Counted from the stretch's first letter, positions 23,800-38,027 are shown. The stretch: DNA of 64,000 nucleotides from Squalus acanthias (GCA_030390025.1 CM059432.1:143346001-143410000), one strand, 5' to 3'. Notes: generated by a model not told the origin, from the sequence alone. Numbers and translations are program-made.

Positions 23800-25110
23800 G
23801 GTTGCGAACAGAAAGAGACTGCAACATGATCTTTGAAATTCTTCCTCATGACAACGCTGGACGACGCAACACAAGGCCTAGGTGTGGATGTAAGCTTCCA
23901 TACAGCTGGGAAGCTCTTCAACCTGACTTATTGTGAGCTTCGACAAAGGATTCCAGAAGAGGTCATTTGCAAGCTTTTCTATGTAGATGTCTGTGCGCTA
24001 CGGGTGAACAGTCAAGGATCTGCAGTTCATCACTGATGGGTTTGCCACAGCAGTAAACAAGTACGAGTCCTACGACTCTTTCAGAAGACTGAAAAAAAGC
24101 AGTCTATGTATTACCAGCCCCAGAGAAGCATTACAATAAACCAACCATCACCAATAGTAATACTAAACTAAATGTCATCAACCAGTTCATGCATCTGGGT
24201 AGCACAGTGCCAAATAAAACACTCATAGATCATCTTCTTAGGCAGATAATGAATTGCTCATTCACATCACAAAAGCCAGCCCTGTATTTGAAAGACTTGA
24301 AATGTGTGTCTGGAACCAACATCAGTCCAAACTCACAACAAAACTGAAAGTGTGCAGGCACTATTGCCATTACTACTCTTCTGTATGGATGCAAATATTC
24401 ACTGGAGTTTAGAAGAATGAGAGGGGATCTCATTGAAACATATAAAATTCTGACAGGGCTAGACAGACTGGATGCAGGGAGGATGCTTCCCCTGGCTGGG
24501 GGGGGTGTCTAGAACGAGGGGTCACAGTCTCAGGATATGGGGTAGGACATTTAGGACTGAGATGAGGAGAAATGTCTTCACTCAGAGGGTGGTGAACCTG
24601 TGGAATTCTCTACCACAGAAGGCTGTGGAGGCCAAGTCACTGAATATATTAAAGAAGGAGATAGATAGATTTCTAGACACAAAAGGCGTCAAGGGGTATG
24701 GGGAGAGAGCGGGAATATGGTATTGAGATAGAGGATCAGCCATGATCATATTGAATGGCGGAGCAGGCTCGAAGGGCCGAATGGCCGACTCCTGCTCCTA
24801 TTTTTCTATGTTGCTAAGTCCCCAATGTGTGGGTGCCATCACATTCGGCAACTTGAGAAGTTTTACCTGTAGACACCCGAGGTCTATTATGCACATAAAG
24901 TAGCAGGACGGAATTACCAACCGCAAGATCCATGAGCAAAGCAAGCAAAGCTGGCTGATGAGGGCACAGTTTACAGAATTCAGAATGCACCCGTGTAGCA
25001 ACAGGAGCAGAGCAAGCTAAGCAGCATAAAAAATGCAAAGGCATGGTCAAACACAAACTCAATATATGTAACATTAATCTCCATAGCTGGGCTAATCTTA
25101 TGGCTGACTG
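23800..25110 (+). mobile_element. Decayed RTE-clade LINE RT region, interrupted by a CR1 at 24396-24810
   Basis: LGVDVSFHTAGKLFNL...ICKLFYVDVCAL resembles RTE YRTDGKLFNL...ELLFADDCAL; LLYGC lies before the CR1 and HHIRQLEKF after it. Confidence 0.75.
24396..24810 (+). mobile_element. Young CR1 3' end, same subfamily as 7549-7970
   Basis: Near-identical reverse complement of 7556-7965. Confidence 0.92.
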
Positions 25111-25124
25111 CACGAGCTGGGTTT

Positions 25125-25370
25125 TTTTTTTAATTCATTCACGGGATGTGGGCGTCGCTGGCAAGGCCTGCATTTATTGCCCTTCAGAAGTGGTGGCGAG
25201 TCTTCTTCTGGAACAGCTGCAGTCCGTGTGGTGAAGGTATTCCCACCGTGCTGTTAGGGAGGGCATTCCAGGATTTTGACCCAGCGACGATGAAGGAACG
25301 GCCGATATATTTCCAAGTCAGGATGGTGTGTGACTTGGAGGCGGCGGTGTTCCCATGTGCCTGCTGCCCC
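25125..25370 (-). mobile_element. CR1-type LINE 3' fragment
   Basis: Reverse complement of the 20435-20763 family. Confidence 0.8.
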
Positions 25371-27769
25371 TTGACCTTCTACAACGATATGGGATGGGTT
25401 AGCCGGTGCAAGCAGCGTGCAGATCTCCTGAAGGAGAAATGGCAACGGAGGAACCGTGGACAGCTGGAGCCCGCCCACCTCAGACAGGCTGCGTGGGTTT
25501 GTGAAACAGGAGCAGGAGAGCTCGTCTCTCATATTGGCTGTAAATAGACTCAGAGCCCTCATCAAGACTGGGGCTCTTCCCAACAAGGGTCATCAAGTAT
25601 GCAGGACTACCACCAAATGTTACTTTTTCGTTATATGCTATCTGAACAAGAAAAATAGCAAATGCAGTTTGAAAAAATATCGCCTAATTTGATAAATTAA
25701 TTTTAAGGGTAGTTACTGATTCCAGCATGCACAGCTTGAAAACTAGCTGCCTGATTTGACTGGGTAGCTGTGTGCAGGGTCCTTGTTCCTGATTAGTAGT
25801 TTTACCATTCACTAGCTGTTCAGGTACATGAACAAATCAGCACAAACTGAACAGACCCTATTATTTAAACCAAACATTAAAGTGCAAGGGACAGTGTACA
25901 CATTTAAGGTGTGGTGCATGCTACAGCAAAACTTAATATAAATAGATATTGATGCATGTTTTGTGGGGGGAAATTACCACAAAAGCCGATCTATTGCAAA
26001 GAATAACTCAATTTAGACCCAAGAATGTTCTTCAAATGGCAATGCAGTACTAGATTTATGGTGGACTTCATAATGCGCCTCCTTAAAACTAGTTCATTTT
26101 CAAATAGCACTTTAAGTTATTATAAAATAAAATAAATGGCACTTTAAACTCAGATAAACAAAATGATGATGAACAGTACCACTTTATGCAATTGATTTGT
26201 ATCCAACAAGGTACGAGTATTCAAATAAACCACTTTAATTCATCAGAATTCTGAAAAGTTTCAGCTACTGCACCATTTTAATATCACATGCATTTAAAGG
26301 TGCTTCACTGAAGTAGTGAATGTCAATGAACCGGAAAGGAAATCTAGTTGAACAACTGAATCACTACATTTCATCAGCGTATAAATATTCCATTCTGCAT
26401 ATTCTTTTTCCTCTGCGAGACAAGGCATTAACAGTTTGGTCGCACTGCTTCCAAAAGGCACTCTTAATATGCATGATATCATCATTTTTCAATTTCTATA
26501 TGGTGATATTTCTGTGAAATGTGGCTTCACCGTGCTCCATCATACGAACCCTCATAACTGGCAGCAAAAGTGATTAGCTTCCTTACAGCATAGTGCTACT
26601 GCATGCACATATTGATTAGCTCCCAAGAACGGCTATATGCCAGGCTAATCTGAACAGGTTGATAAATAATGGCATTTGACATCTCAAGGCAAAAAGAACA
26701 AAATAAAGTTTACAGTTTTCAACCTTCATTATTTCCAGCACACTGATTTAGGTGTTCCATGGCACACTTCAGTTAGCTGCATGTTGGCTACAAACTCATC
26801 TTCTCACCCAGTGCAACGCATTAGGTGCAAGTTCACCTCTTTAAAAAGAGAAGAGAAGCCGCTTCAACAGTCTAAACACACAGCATTCCTGAAGGTGCTG
26901 CTTAACATGCTGGTGCCAACATTAGATCGAGTATTTCCCCACACAAATTAGGTAGAATATATTTTTCTGCTAAATCTTGTTAGCAAAACATTTCCAATAT
27001 GCTCAAGGCCATATAGGATTTTAAAACGCAATGTTGGTTATTACAAACACACTTCCCTAATCCTACCGTCAGGGGATTTCAATAACATTGGCTCTGCTTA
27101 AAAAGATTCTGTCAGTTCCCAAATTACAAAAACGGTTTCAGATGAAAAATAAGCAAATCTCACAGCCTCTTCTGGCTATAGTTACAAACAATGTGTATAA
27201 CAAAACTGTTAATATAACCATTATCACCACATCTGTCCTGTTTATACTGCGGGTCAGGTTCAGCAATAAAAAGTGACTGCATACGGGAGATTCCTGCATG
27301 TACAATCGGTCCAAAATTCTGAACCAACCTCAAAGCAACGATGAATGGGAAATCACTTGCTGGTCAGTTGTCAGGTTAGTGCAATGCCAAGCTTGTAATA
27401 TTACCAATCTGGCTACGACTCTTGCTGATGGGCATTGCTACCTACTATGGGCATGGCAAGAGGTCAGCCCAGTTGCAGCTGAACTGAAAGTGGCAGACCC
27501 TGCCTAAGTGCTGTCTATTGCAGCTGCTTAAAATTGCCTTCAGCAAGACCCGGGGGTTGCGGGGGTGGGGGGGGGGGGGGGGAGGGGGGGGTGGTGCTGG
27601 AGACATTCAAACTTCTTCCAAAGGGACTTTGTGGGCACCTCAGATTGTATGGGCATGGTTCTGTTTACTTTGCAGGGCTGTCTCTGGCGTGGCTCTTGCA
27701 GTCCGATGAAAAACATTTAAACTGAACGGGGTACGAGATCCCAAAGACTATCTAAACGTGTGGAAGAGC

Positions 27770-28622
27770 ATTTTGAGTGGCAGTTAGTAGCTCTAACTCC
27801 TGGCAATGGCAGCAGTAAGAGAGGCACGACACACTATGTTGAAATTTGCTGCCGATACAAAAGCAAGGATGACTGTAACAAATGTGCAGCAGATATCACT
27901 TAAAGCAGAGAAGTGCACATTTTGGGAGAAACAATAAAGGAATGGGAGTATACACTTAATGAAAAGACACTGAAGGGGGTGGATGAACAGAAAGACCAAA
28001 TGTATAATGCGCTGAAAGCGAGTGCGCAGGTAGATAAAACCGTTAAAAAAAGGCCACCAGCATTTTGAGTTTTATAAAAATGGGCAGAGTACAAGAGTAA
28101 AGAAGTGATGATAAACTTGTACAAAACATTGGTTAGGCCACAGTTAGAGTACTGTGTGCAGAATTAGGCACCCGATTATAGAAAGGACATTAAAGTCAGA
28201 GAGCGCACAGTGTAGATTCACCAGGATGATGCCAGGGATGAGAAACGATAGTTATGAGAAGTGACTTGAGATACTGGGACAACATCCACTGAAGTAAAGG
28301 AGGAGGTTTAATAAAACTTTTAAAATTAAGTGTTTTGATGAAGTGAATAATGAAAGACCATTTCTTCTGGTTGAGGAGTCAGTGGCAATGGGTCATTAAT
28401 TTAAAATGTTCAATAACAGAGTATGTAGAGAGGTGTTAGCAGAATATTTTTTACTCAGGTGGTTATTGGAGCATGGAATGTTTTGACACACGGAATAGTT
28501 GAGGCAGAGACAACTGCACTATTTTTTTTTTTTTAAAAGGGAAAAAAAGATAAAATTTGAAGCAGTGGGATTAGACTGGCACAGACTGAATCACCTCCTT
28601 TTGTGTTGTAAACTTCTATGGT
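27770..28622 (+). mobile_element. Old degenerate CR1 LINE fragment
   Basis: KFAADTK, LYKTLVRPQLEYCVQ and ttctatg tail remnants. Confidence 0.8.
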
Positions 28623-29092
28623 TCAGTTACTGGCAAAAAAAAAAATTGGAAGATTAAAATAAATCAACTTGACCGATGACGTAATAAGGTAAATGCTTGA
28701 CTTGCATTTCAAAAGCCTGGAATATTTATCTATATGTTCCATCACAATACTTCAAACAAACCCTTTTGCAATGTTAAAATGTAGGTAATACTTCCAGCTT
28801 AGAACTATGTTGATGTGCTAGGTTGTCAGTATTTTTTTGCTCCATCACTGACACAAATCACATCTCAGGTTTTGTCCGTTACTTGTTATCTGGTTGCTTT
28901 GACCCAGGTAATGGGATAAGTATGTTTTCCACTGCTTCTTCAACGAGGCTCCATGATCTGCCTCCAAGTCTTCTTTCACACAGTGACAGCGTGGGTTTGA
29001 ATCGACCTTTACCTATTAATTTATGTCTGAAAGCACACACGTCTCCTCTCTCAACAAGACATTACTCACGAGCTATTGATAGCAGGTTATTG

Positions 29093-29977
29093 GGCTGAAT
29101 TTTCTGGCCTCCTGTCCGGCGCATATAGGAACGGTAGCGCCCTGAAAATGGCGGGCAATGACCTACCGCCCTATTCCCGGGGACTCTTTGGCTCCAGCAA
29201 TGAGTCAGATGGTGGAACCATTTAAAATGCTAATTGGGGTCCTGTGATGTACATTGCACATTAATTTCCATTTTTGGGCAATGAGCTCCTCCAAGCTCCA
29301 CAAAATCAGCTGCTCCGGCCCCCCCTCATCTTCTTCCGGCCCGCCTGATACAACGACGGCCCAGAGTAATGTCAGCCGTGGCTCACTGGGTAGCACTCTC
29401 GCCTGAGTCAGAAGGTTGTGGGTTCAAATCCCACTCCAGAGAATAGAGCACAAAATTCTAGGCTGACTCTCCCGGTGTAGTACTGAGGGAGTGCTACACT
29501 GTCAGAGGTGCCGTCTTTTGGAGGAGACGTTAAACTGAAGCCCTCTCAGGTGGACGTAAAAGATCCCATGGCACTATTTCGAAGACGAGCAGGGGAGTTC
29601 TCCCCGGTGTCCTGGCCAGTATTTATCCCTCAATCAACGTCACTAAAACAGATGATCTCGTCATTATCACATTGCTGTTTGTGGGAGCTTGCTGTGCGCA
29701 AAATGGCTGCTGCATTTCCCTACATAACAACAGTGACTACACTTCAAAGGTACTTCATCGGCTGTAAAGCGCTTTGGGACGGCCTGAAGTTGTGAAAGGC
29801 GCTACATAAATGCAAGTCTTTCTTTTTTCAGAGCTGGTTAGCTGCCTCAGGTTTTTCGATCACTGGACGCAGCCCGCCATCCCATGCTGATGTGGCCCGA
29901 CCTTCGATAAAGATCAAGCATTCCCGCCAGGAATCATCGGTCAGTCGCCCGAAATCCACTCGCCAGAAAAATCAACC
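29093..29977. mobile_element. Harbinger-like MITE hosting a SINE
   Basis: Imperfect TIRs ggctgaattttctggc / gccagaaaaatcaacc; CpG-rich interior. Confidence 0.6.
29369..29829 (+). mobile_element. Full-length Deu-domain tRNA-derived SINE (SacSINE1-like)
   Basis: Pol III A box tggctcactggg, B box ggttcaaatcc, Deu core gtaaaagatcccatggcactatttcgaaga...ccccggtgtcctggcc, tail aaggcgctacataaatgcaagtctttctt. Confidence 0.9.
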
Positions 29978-30918
29978 AGAGGTGATTTCTAAAGCTATAA
30001 TTAGGTTGCACATCAGGAGATTAATCATCGAACTCAGCTGCAAACTTACTCAAAAGTGTACTCCGGGGAACATACCCCAGCAGGAGCCAGTGAATGTCTG
30101 GGAACAGGAACAAAGATGCTCATCTGGAGCAGAATTCTGAGAGGCTGAAAATCTGCAACATCAGTGATGAGGATTTCATCAATCACTCAAAAAAGCAACA
30201 AGAATGACACCAAGTGTAAAGGGGATGAGCTACAGGAAGGATTAGAGAAATTTAAGCTTCAGTCTCGAAAGGGAATAGGTAAAAGGAGGATATCAAAGTA
30301 TATAAAATATTAAACAGTACAGATAAAGTAATCTCAGTTCATTACTTCAAAGCTAAGAAAGTAGGAACAGAGGACATGTGGAAATCGATTAGTTAGCTGG
30401 AATAATTCCTTTACTCAAACAGTGATAAGTGTTTGGATTAATTTGTAAGGCAGGGTATTGGAGGCAGCGACGAGGAAGTTGTTCAGGATACGGTTGGATT
30501 TTTAATATTTCTCTTATCAGTTTAGAACAAAATCCCACCTGCTAAATCCCACCTGCTAAATCCTACCGACTTTCTTACTGTCCCCATTGTCCATTCTGGA
30601 GCTGAAGGAGAATTGCAAAGCCTTTCGGAGAAGGAGCAGGGAATGGCATTAGAGCTGGGCCTGGCACATGGTCTCCTCCTGTTCTGAAATTTCTGATCAT
30701 GATGGGTTCTGTTTGCGTTTCATTTTGATATTTCATATACGACTTATAAATGATAATTCCACAGACCCCACGAAACAGATGCTTATTTGTAAAACACTCG
30801 TGGTGGGTCAACAACTGCGACAACCGATTCAGTGGTTAGTGTGAAACAAAAGCTATCAAGGCGGCTACAACACTTTCCAGGAGTTCTACCGTTTCTTTAA
30901 CCAAGCAGCGCCTCTTAC

Positions 30919-31044
30919 CACATGAGTAGCTTTCAACGTGTTGCTATCGAATCGAGTTAAACTGGAGGTGTCCTCGGGGAAGCGGTCACAATCTTCCAGC
31001 TCATGAGCATTGCAGGGGGGCTTGTCTTTTTCAGGGTCTGCGTT
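30919..31044 (-). CDS. NUDCD1: NUDCD1 coding exon 8 equivalent, 126 nt
   Basis: [42 protein letters not shown] matches human NPNPDKEKPPCNAQELEECD...RFDGNTLKTTHV; ttctcag|AAC and GTG|gtaaga. Confidence 0.96.
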
Positions 31045-31689
31045 CTGAGAATGACATGGGAGAAAACAATGCAAAGCATTTTAGGCATCAGGGCCATTTT
31101 TGTGCGACTACATAATCCCGCACTGTTTTTATTTTCTCCCTCCTCTCCCGACGGTGCTGACTCATGTTGGGTACAAATTCTGCAAGTAGTGCAGCCAGTC
31201 TTCATGTGTGAACCCATGCAGTGAGTTTTAGTAGGCTATTCAACCATGGGAGGCAGCACAGCCCGACCATATCCTCAACAAAGGCCCACACACGCATGCA
31301 CTTTCCAGCAGGGATAACTGGACGGTGATCAGGAGCTAGAACCACAGTCCATTTCTTTTCTCTCTAATCCAGGGAGATAGAGCCCAATTGTACTGTTCCC
31401 AAATCCACCCTGGTTTAGATCAATCAACTCAGTTCAGACCAGGGATTGAACCTGGAACATTCTAGGTCCGCATGGCTATGTACCACACTGGGCAGTCCTC
31501 ACTTCTTTCACAATACAAACACATGCAATGGAATAAGATTCAAAAATGCATCTTATACATTCTGTAACTACAGTTTTTGAATGTCCACATTAATTTACAT
31601 TTTAATAAAAACTGACTTGAATTAGGTCACAATGAAGGACTCGGGGTGGGTAAATTTTGAAATTGTACTTCAGATTCCAAATCGTTTAA

Positions 31690-32020
31690 TAAAATGGTGA
31701 ACAACAGTGGTCCCAGCATCGATCCTTGTGGAACACCACTTCACAATCTGAATAACTACCTTTAACCCCTACTCTCTGTTTTCTGTTTTGTAGCCAGCTG
31801 GCTATCCATTCTGCTACTTGTCCCCCGACTCCACATAGTCATGAGGCTACTACATCACCTTATCAAAGGCCTTTTGAAAATACAAGTACATTACATCTAC
31901 TACATTACCCTTATCTACTCTTTCTGTTACTTCTTCAAAGAATTCAATTAGGTTGGTCATGCATGACCTTCCCTTTTGAAATCCGTGCTGACTACTCTAT
32001 TATATTTTCGGTTTCTAGAG
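31690..32020 (-). mobile_element. CR1 RT internal fragment
   Basis: Closely matches 3085-3445 ([15 protein letters not shown] on the minus strand). Confidence 0.85.
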
Positions 32021-33257
32021 GTTGATCTAGTAGGAATCAATCTTAAGTTCATATCTTACCAAGAGTTTTTAATCATTGATAGCTAAAGCAGGACAAATTA
32101 CACATTAGCTGATCTTGATAACACCCCTGACTCAGCCTGATCATAAATTGAGTGCCAGGCTTGTGAGGAGGGGTGGGGGCAAACCAGGTTTTGGTGTGGA
32201 ACTGCAGTGGCTAGGCTGTATGTTTGTTGTGAAATGTGATTCTTGCATCTCATTCATTTCTGCTAACCACATGGTTACCACAGAGCAATCAGAAAACAAA
32301 TAAGAAAGCTATGTTCATATAGACACAAAGCTCAAGTGTTACTTAAGTTTCTTTGGCTAGCAAGTGGCTCGAGTCAAGCAACTCGAATGCATGTTTATTT
32401 AATGAGCAGAGTTAGGGGCCGAGCTCTGGGGAGTCAGGTCAGGTCCTAACTCTGGATTTGCCCTGTGACTGGAGTAGTGGTGCAAAGTAATACCTCAACC
32501 TGTCATTATGATCAATTCTTCAAACACTGTAAATCATCTTCTTGCAACTTCTTTTTTTGGAGAAGACATGATGGGCACAAATTCTCACAGGAAAGGCCAT
32601 CTTACAGATGATACAAATCTTGAAGCATGCATTGTAGAACGAGTTTAGAGTCAAAACTCAGAATAAACTGAAAATACAACACTTTTAAAGGCCATAGTCC
32701 AGAATGTGGTGACTGTGAAGAGGACACAATTCTCTTACTTTTGGGAATAGAAGTGTCTTACTCCGACAGTCAGAATGAATAAAGGAGCTTTCATTGATGT
32801 AGTGACTTTCACATCCTCTGCTTTTCTTTTTGGTGGTGTTGATGGAGGGTGAAATATTGGCCAGGACACAATCAAAGTAAATACAACAAAAAGTTATATT
32901 TAACAGTTTGTGCTCAAGCAGACAATTTGTTTCAGGTTAGAGGAGCTCTACAGCACCTCTATAAGTTCATGCAAGATTATTAATGGATTGTTAATTGGGA
33001 TCTGATAGTTCCATTTGTCCTACACGATCTGAACTCAATGAATAAGCCTGCCCTTTCCTTTGACTTCCCTTCATTAGTTAATCAAACATGCGTAAAACCA
33101 ATGTTTAAAAAAAAACTGTAAATGCATAAATGGCAAGAGTCAAAATTAAAGGCAGCAGAGATCTTACTTTAAAAGCACTGTTCTCAATAGCACCAGTTCA
33201 AAACCAGGAGTATGACGCCCTCCCTCCCAGAGAGACGGGGATCATTTTATTTTATTA

Positions 33258-33682
33258 ACTTTTTTCATTCATTCATGGGATGTAGGCGTCGCTGGCAAAG
33301 CCAGCATTTATTGCCCATCCCTAATTGCCCTCGAGAAGGTGGTGGTGAGCCACTTTATACAAGTGAGTGGCTTGCTAGGCCATTTCAGAGGGCAGTTAAG
33401 AGCCAACCATATTGCTGTGGGTCTGGAGTCACATATAGGCCAGACCAGGTAAAGACGGCAGATTTCCTTCCCTAAAGTACATTAGTAAACCAGATGGGTT
33501 TTTACGACAATCCAGTAGTTTCACGGTCACCATTACTGATACTAGCTTTGTATTCCAGATTTATTTAATTAACTGAATTGAAATTCCCCAGCTGTCATGG
33601 TAGAATCTGAACTCATGTACTCCAGATCATTAGTCCAGGCCTCTGGATTACCAGTCCAGTAACATAACCACTATGCTACCGT
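33258..33682 (-). mobile_element. tRNA-derived SINE with CR1-type 3' tail, about 65 nt downstream of the exon 7 donor
   Basis: Minus-strand head ggtagcatagtggtt (A box) and gagttcagattc (B box); tail gggcaataaatgctggctttgccagcgacgcc...catgaatgaat shared with the 20435 family. Confidence 0.8.
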
Positions 33683-33746
33683 GACCTATAATAACTTGGC
33701 CATTCACAGGGGAATTGCAAAAACCTTTTTGCAGAGTTATACTTAC

Positions 33747-33891
33747 CAGTTCTTCAGAGGTTAGGTTTAGCAAACGTTCATTTATTTGAGAAGCCTGATC
33801 AGGGTTCATGATGAATTCACCTCTTCTGTCACCAATGACGAGTTCTGGCCACATCACTCCTTTATCCTTCTTTAACAAGAAAATCTCCAAG
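33747..33891 (-). CDS. NUDCD1: NUDCD1 coding exon 7 equivalent, 145 nt
   Basis: (S)LEIFLLKKDKGVMWPELVIGDRRGEFIMNPDQASQINERLLNLTSEEL; tccctctag|C and CTG|gtaagt; phase 2/0. Confidence 0.95.
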
Positions 33892-35104
33892 CTAGAGGGA
33901 TTAAATAAAATATATAACTATTTCAATTCAGAAAGGGTATATTAGAATTAAGTCATTAATCAGAACAGAGTGAGCATCAGCATATGAGACCAAAATTAAT
34001 TATAAAATGCACAATGTATGTTTGAACTTCTTGGTGGCAGCAAAATAAATGAAGTATACTGTTCACGGTAAATCAGGAATAGTGATTAGCAAGCGAAATC
34101 AAAACAAGTACGTACAAGCCAAATGCAAAATAAATTTATAGACGATAAAACGTTGAACCAAAAGCCTAATCACTGACAGTCAAAGTAATAAATTATGTAA
34201 AAGATATTGTTCACAAATCACTACACAGCCCATAAATGGAAAGTTATCTATTTATAAGTGAGAGCAGGTAAGGTAATAAGGTGCAGTGCTGAATAAATCA
34301 AAGTTTTTTTTTGCGGTCATGTTAACTTAAGTCTTAGTTTCTCCGATTTAAGCTTACTCCAGAGGGAAAAGCCGTAAGATTTTCAAACATTTCATATCTG
34401 TACACTAATAAGTAGTGACCATTGCTCACTGCAAAAACTTTAAATTTGAAATTAATTCTCCGCAGAAACTTGCTCCAATTTTGCCATGGCAGTGAGCACT
34501 TCCACTTCTGCCTTTTAAGTGATTAACAGCTCCACTCGCCCAAACGGCTACTGTTTTGCTACCATTCTTGAAGGTATTAGCTAAAATGTGTACTGGAGAT
34601 GTATTTTTATTGTTTTAAATATTGTACTACTAGTTTTTTTTACTGCTCCTGTGTATTATCTTACTTGTAAGTAAATCTAATTGTGCTTCAGACTAAACAC
34701 AATTGCCTGACAATGAGGTATTTAACGCATTTAAAGACAGGAGAACATGGTGGACATCTCATAATCTCTGGTTTGTTATAATTGTTAGTCCTGTGGCATG
34801 CTATCCCACTCACACGTGTGTTAAAGATAGAGGTTTTGGATTGCTTGTGGAAAATGTGAGCACAAGTTGAAAAAAGTGATGCCTGAAAGCCCGAACTGTA
34901 ACACTGCGTGATAAACGTGAAAATACTTTTTTTTTGTTGAGAAAAGGCCCTTCAATTTATCAAAACCGTTGCTTGCCCTAATCACAGACAATCTGCACTA
35001 TAATGGACTCCTGCCAACTTATTGAACCTGAGGGAGGAAACTAACCACTGGCAGAACTTCCAACAAAATTTCTCCTTGATCTGCCTCCAGCAAGCTAATG
35101 CAAC

Positions 35105-35166
35105 TCCAGATCATCAATCTAACATCACAATCCAGATCATCAATCTAACATCACAATCCAGATCAT
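35105..35166. repeat. 26-bp tandem duplication (2.4 copies)
   Basis: tccagatcatcaatctaacatcacaa at 35105 and 35131, partial at 35157. Confidence 0.9.
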
Positions 35167-36731
35167 TCAAGCCAGATCAGTTACATGTCCCATCAGTGCA
35201 TCAACCATCACATTCCATTAAGTGTTTGATCATCCTTACAACCCTCCTTCACCTTAAACAAAATATTCTCGCATGTACTACTTTGTAGAAAAGAATATTG
35301 TTCAATCTCACCCAAGACATTTTTTTTTTTTACTTCATATTCTCTGGTTCTCAAATCATAGTTGAAGTTCAATAATCTGCATTGAAATGCGGAAAGGCAC
35401 AAAGACCAAAAATGATGTCAGCACCCGATTGTGTTGAGTAAACGAAAATAAATTTGGATCTAGTTGTATGTTTGATTTGTTTCTCCCTTTGCAGAAGGCT
35501 TCATGTTTAAGATCTCCACGCACACACTTGGTAAGTCAGAGATGATAACCATCAGCAAGTGGCTCTACTGGAAAACCCCCGAAACTGGTGCCATGTCTTG
35601 ACCAGCTGTCAAAATCCAGTACTGGTCCAGTACACAAGAGTACCCCAGCCAGCAGAATCAACACGCAGCACCACAGTGCTAATCTAAGTGATATAGGGTG
35701 AAACTGTTTGCTTGCGGTTCCAACCACTTTGGGCAGTGAATCACCCCCCAAGCTATACGGAATGACCTGGGCTACAGGGTCGCTGGGAGAAGAAAAGGAA
35801 AAGATCAACCTTACAAGTAGATTCCTTTATAATTGTGTACTTCTCTCAGTAGTTAGCTTCTCTTGCAACAGCTAGTTAACTCTCTCAAATGTTAGTGCTC
35901 TTAATTTAGCTCGAACTTCATATTTTGAGAGTTACATTCCAGTTTTGTACCATATATAGTTTTGGTACTAGAAATTGAAATATTACAGAATGAATATTTT
36001 AATGTGTTACATGTGCAGTGACTTAGAGGACTGTTTTTAGTAGCTGAGCCCAAAATAATCTATGAAGTTAGTTGTTCATAATGGTTTATATTCTCTGTGC
36101 ATTATTAATGTGCATTTTATGGTTATAATCCTCCTTCGAAATCTGGGGCTCTACTGTGTACATATGGACAAATGTTATACAAGTCCAACATGGCTTTGGG
36201 ATATGCTCCAGTATAAAATGCAACAGAATTCGCACATAAAGGCAACTCCTCGTGGGACTAAACAAAAACTCATAGCTGCTGGGATTGAGTTGGCCAAGCG
36301 TTGATAGCCATATGCCAAGACACGAAAACTATTGCTTTTCTCACCAGAATTCACTGAAATTACATTCAGCTGTTGAAACAGAAAAGGAACAGGAAATAAC
36401 TTTTATTAAAGCTGTCAGAGATTTCAGCAAGGACATAAAGATTTGATCAGATGATCAATTTATACAAAACTTGCCAAAAGGTTCAGATGGTTTATGTTGT
36501 CATGAAGGATTTGAAACTGGAAATGTGCTGGAAAACAAAAAATCTATGGAACAATTAAACAGAAGCGTTTGAATGACAAGAGTTCATCCTTTCAAACATT
36601 ACTTCATAATTTAATTCATCTTTTCATGAAACATGAAGTTATCCCAAAGCCAAAAACAGCAAAATTCTTCAGCAATTAATGTCATCGGGTAACCATCACG
36701 AGCTGCTGCTAAATCAGGACATCACACATTG

Positions 36732-36850
36732 TACATCACACCAAATATTCGTATTTATAACTGCATATTTTACTGAGTAAAGGGTGATACTACATCACAC
36801 CAAATATTCATATTTATAGCTGCATATTTTACTGAGTAAAGGGTGATACT
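36732..36850. repeat. 59-bp tandem duplication
   Basis: tacatcacaccaaatattc...gagtaaagggtgatac at 36732 and 36791 with two substitutions. Confidence 0.92.
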
Positions 36851-38027
36851 CCATTTCAAATATTATCAAGAGCCAACATAATTTAAAAAGGACAGGATCC
36901 TTTTTGGCTAAATAATGAAGATGTTTATAATTCCCTCCTTAAACCTCTCCGACTCTCTCTCCTCCTTTAAGACGCACCTCAAAGCCTACCTGCCTGTCCT
37001 AATATCTCCTTATATGGCTCGGTGTCAAATTTTGTTTGATAACGCTCCTGTGAAGCGTTTTACTATGTTAAAGGTGTGATATAAATGTAAGTTGTTGGTA
37101 TACAGTAAAATAAAATTGATCTAAAACAAACACTCTCTTTGTCGCAACATAATTAGATATTAATTTACATAACATATGGTTAGGAAAAGCTGTCACAGGC
37201 CACAAACTTTAATTTTTGATGCAAGAGTCTGTGGCTCATTGTACAAAAACTGTGCACTAAACAGGTAACTGCTTTAGATGTTCTTAAAATGCAGATTAAG
37301 GAAAACAAATTCAGGTGTAATTAAGTGGGAACAGAGGGTGCTGGACCCTTGACGGAGGAACCATTCGTATATAATACCACTGGTTTGCTTAGAACCGAAC
37401 AATTTATTGCAAACATTTTTTAAAAAGCACTTCAATATAAAATGTGATATTGCTGCTGAATACTGATTGATTGCTTTCCACACTTGCCCAGTACGCTGTC
37501 TGACAATCTGTTTCTGGCCTCCTCGGATTGTTGACTCCGAACATCAAGTAAATCAAAGCAATAAATTTATCCATTGTCAGATTCAGAGTGCGTGCACTTT
37601 GAAGCCCTATCTCTGAAGTTTCAATCTTCTGGAAGGCTTTAAAGACAGCCTTCCTTTGAACCGAATCATGTACTCAACAACAGATAATTCTCAGATTGGA
37701 GATGGTATTCCACAAATTTTGAAAGAGGCTGCAATCCATAGAAGGTATTTTTAGGAGCTGTATGTGTGACGATAGGGTCAAAAAAACTGATACATTTTCC
37801 AAAGTCTTGCTTGGGAAAACAACCTACAGATGTTTGGGATGTAGAAAAGCTATTTACTTGTTGGTGAGCTAACAGTTTAAAAGACAATTTTTAGAGGATA
37901 TAAAACGTCAGCCTCTGATTTTGCCCCACACCAAATCACATCCATTCTGGAAAGTCTCATGCTGCATGATCAAGAACAACTGAATCGAGATGGCCAGAAC
38001 TCATTTAAATTGAATTCTTACCATCCT

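Noticed and set aside
27553..27595. G tracts (also 8745-8766, 42127-42149 and the C tract at 61134-61166) as functional G-quadruplexes
   Set aside because: Simple homopolymer runs are common and length-unstable; there is no independent support for function.
29369..29445. tRNA gene
   Set aside because: A and B boxes are present, but the sequence continues into a SINE body and tail; same for the heads near 21630-21707 and 33600-33682.
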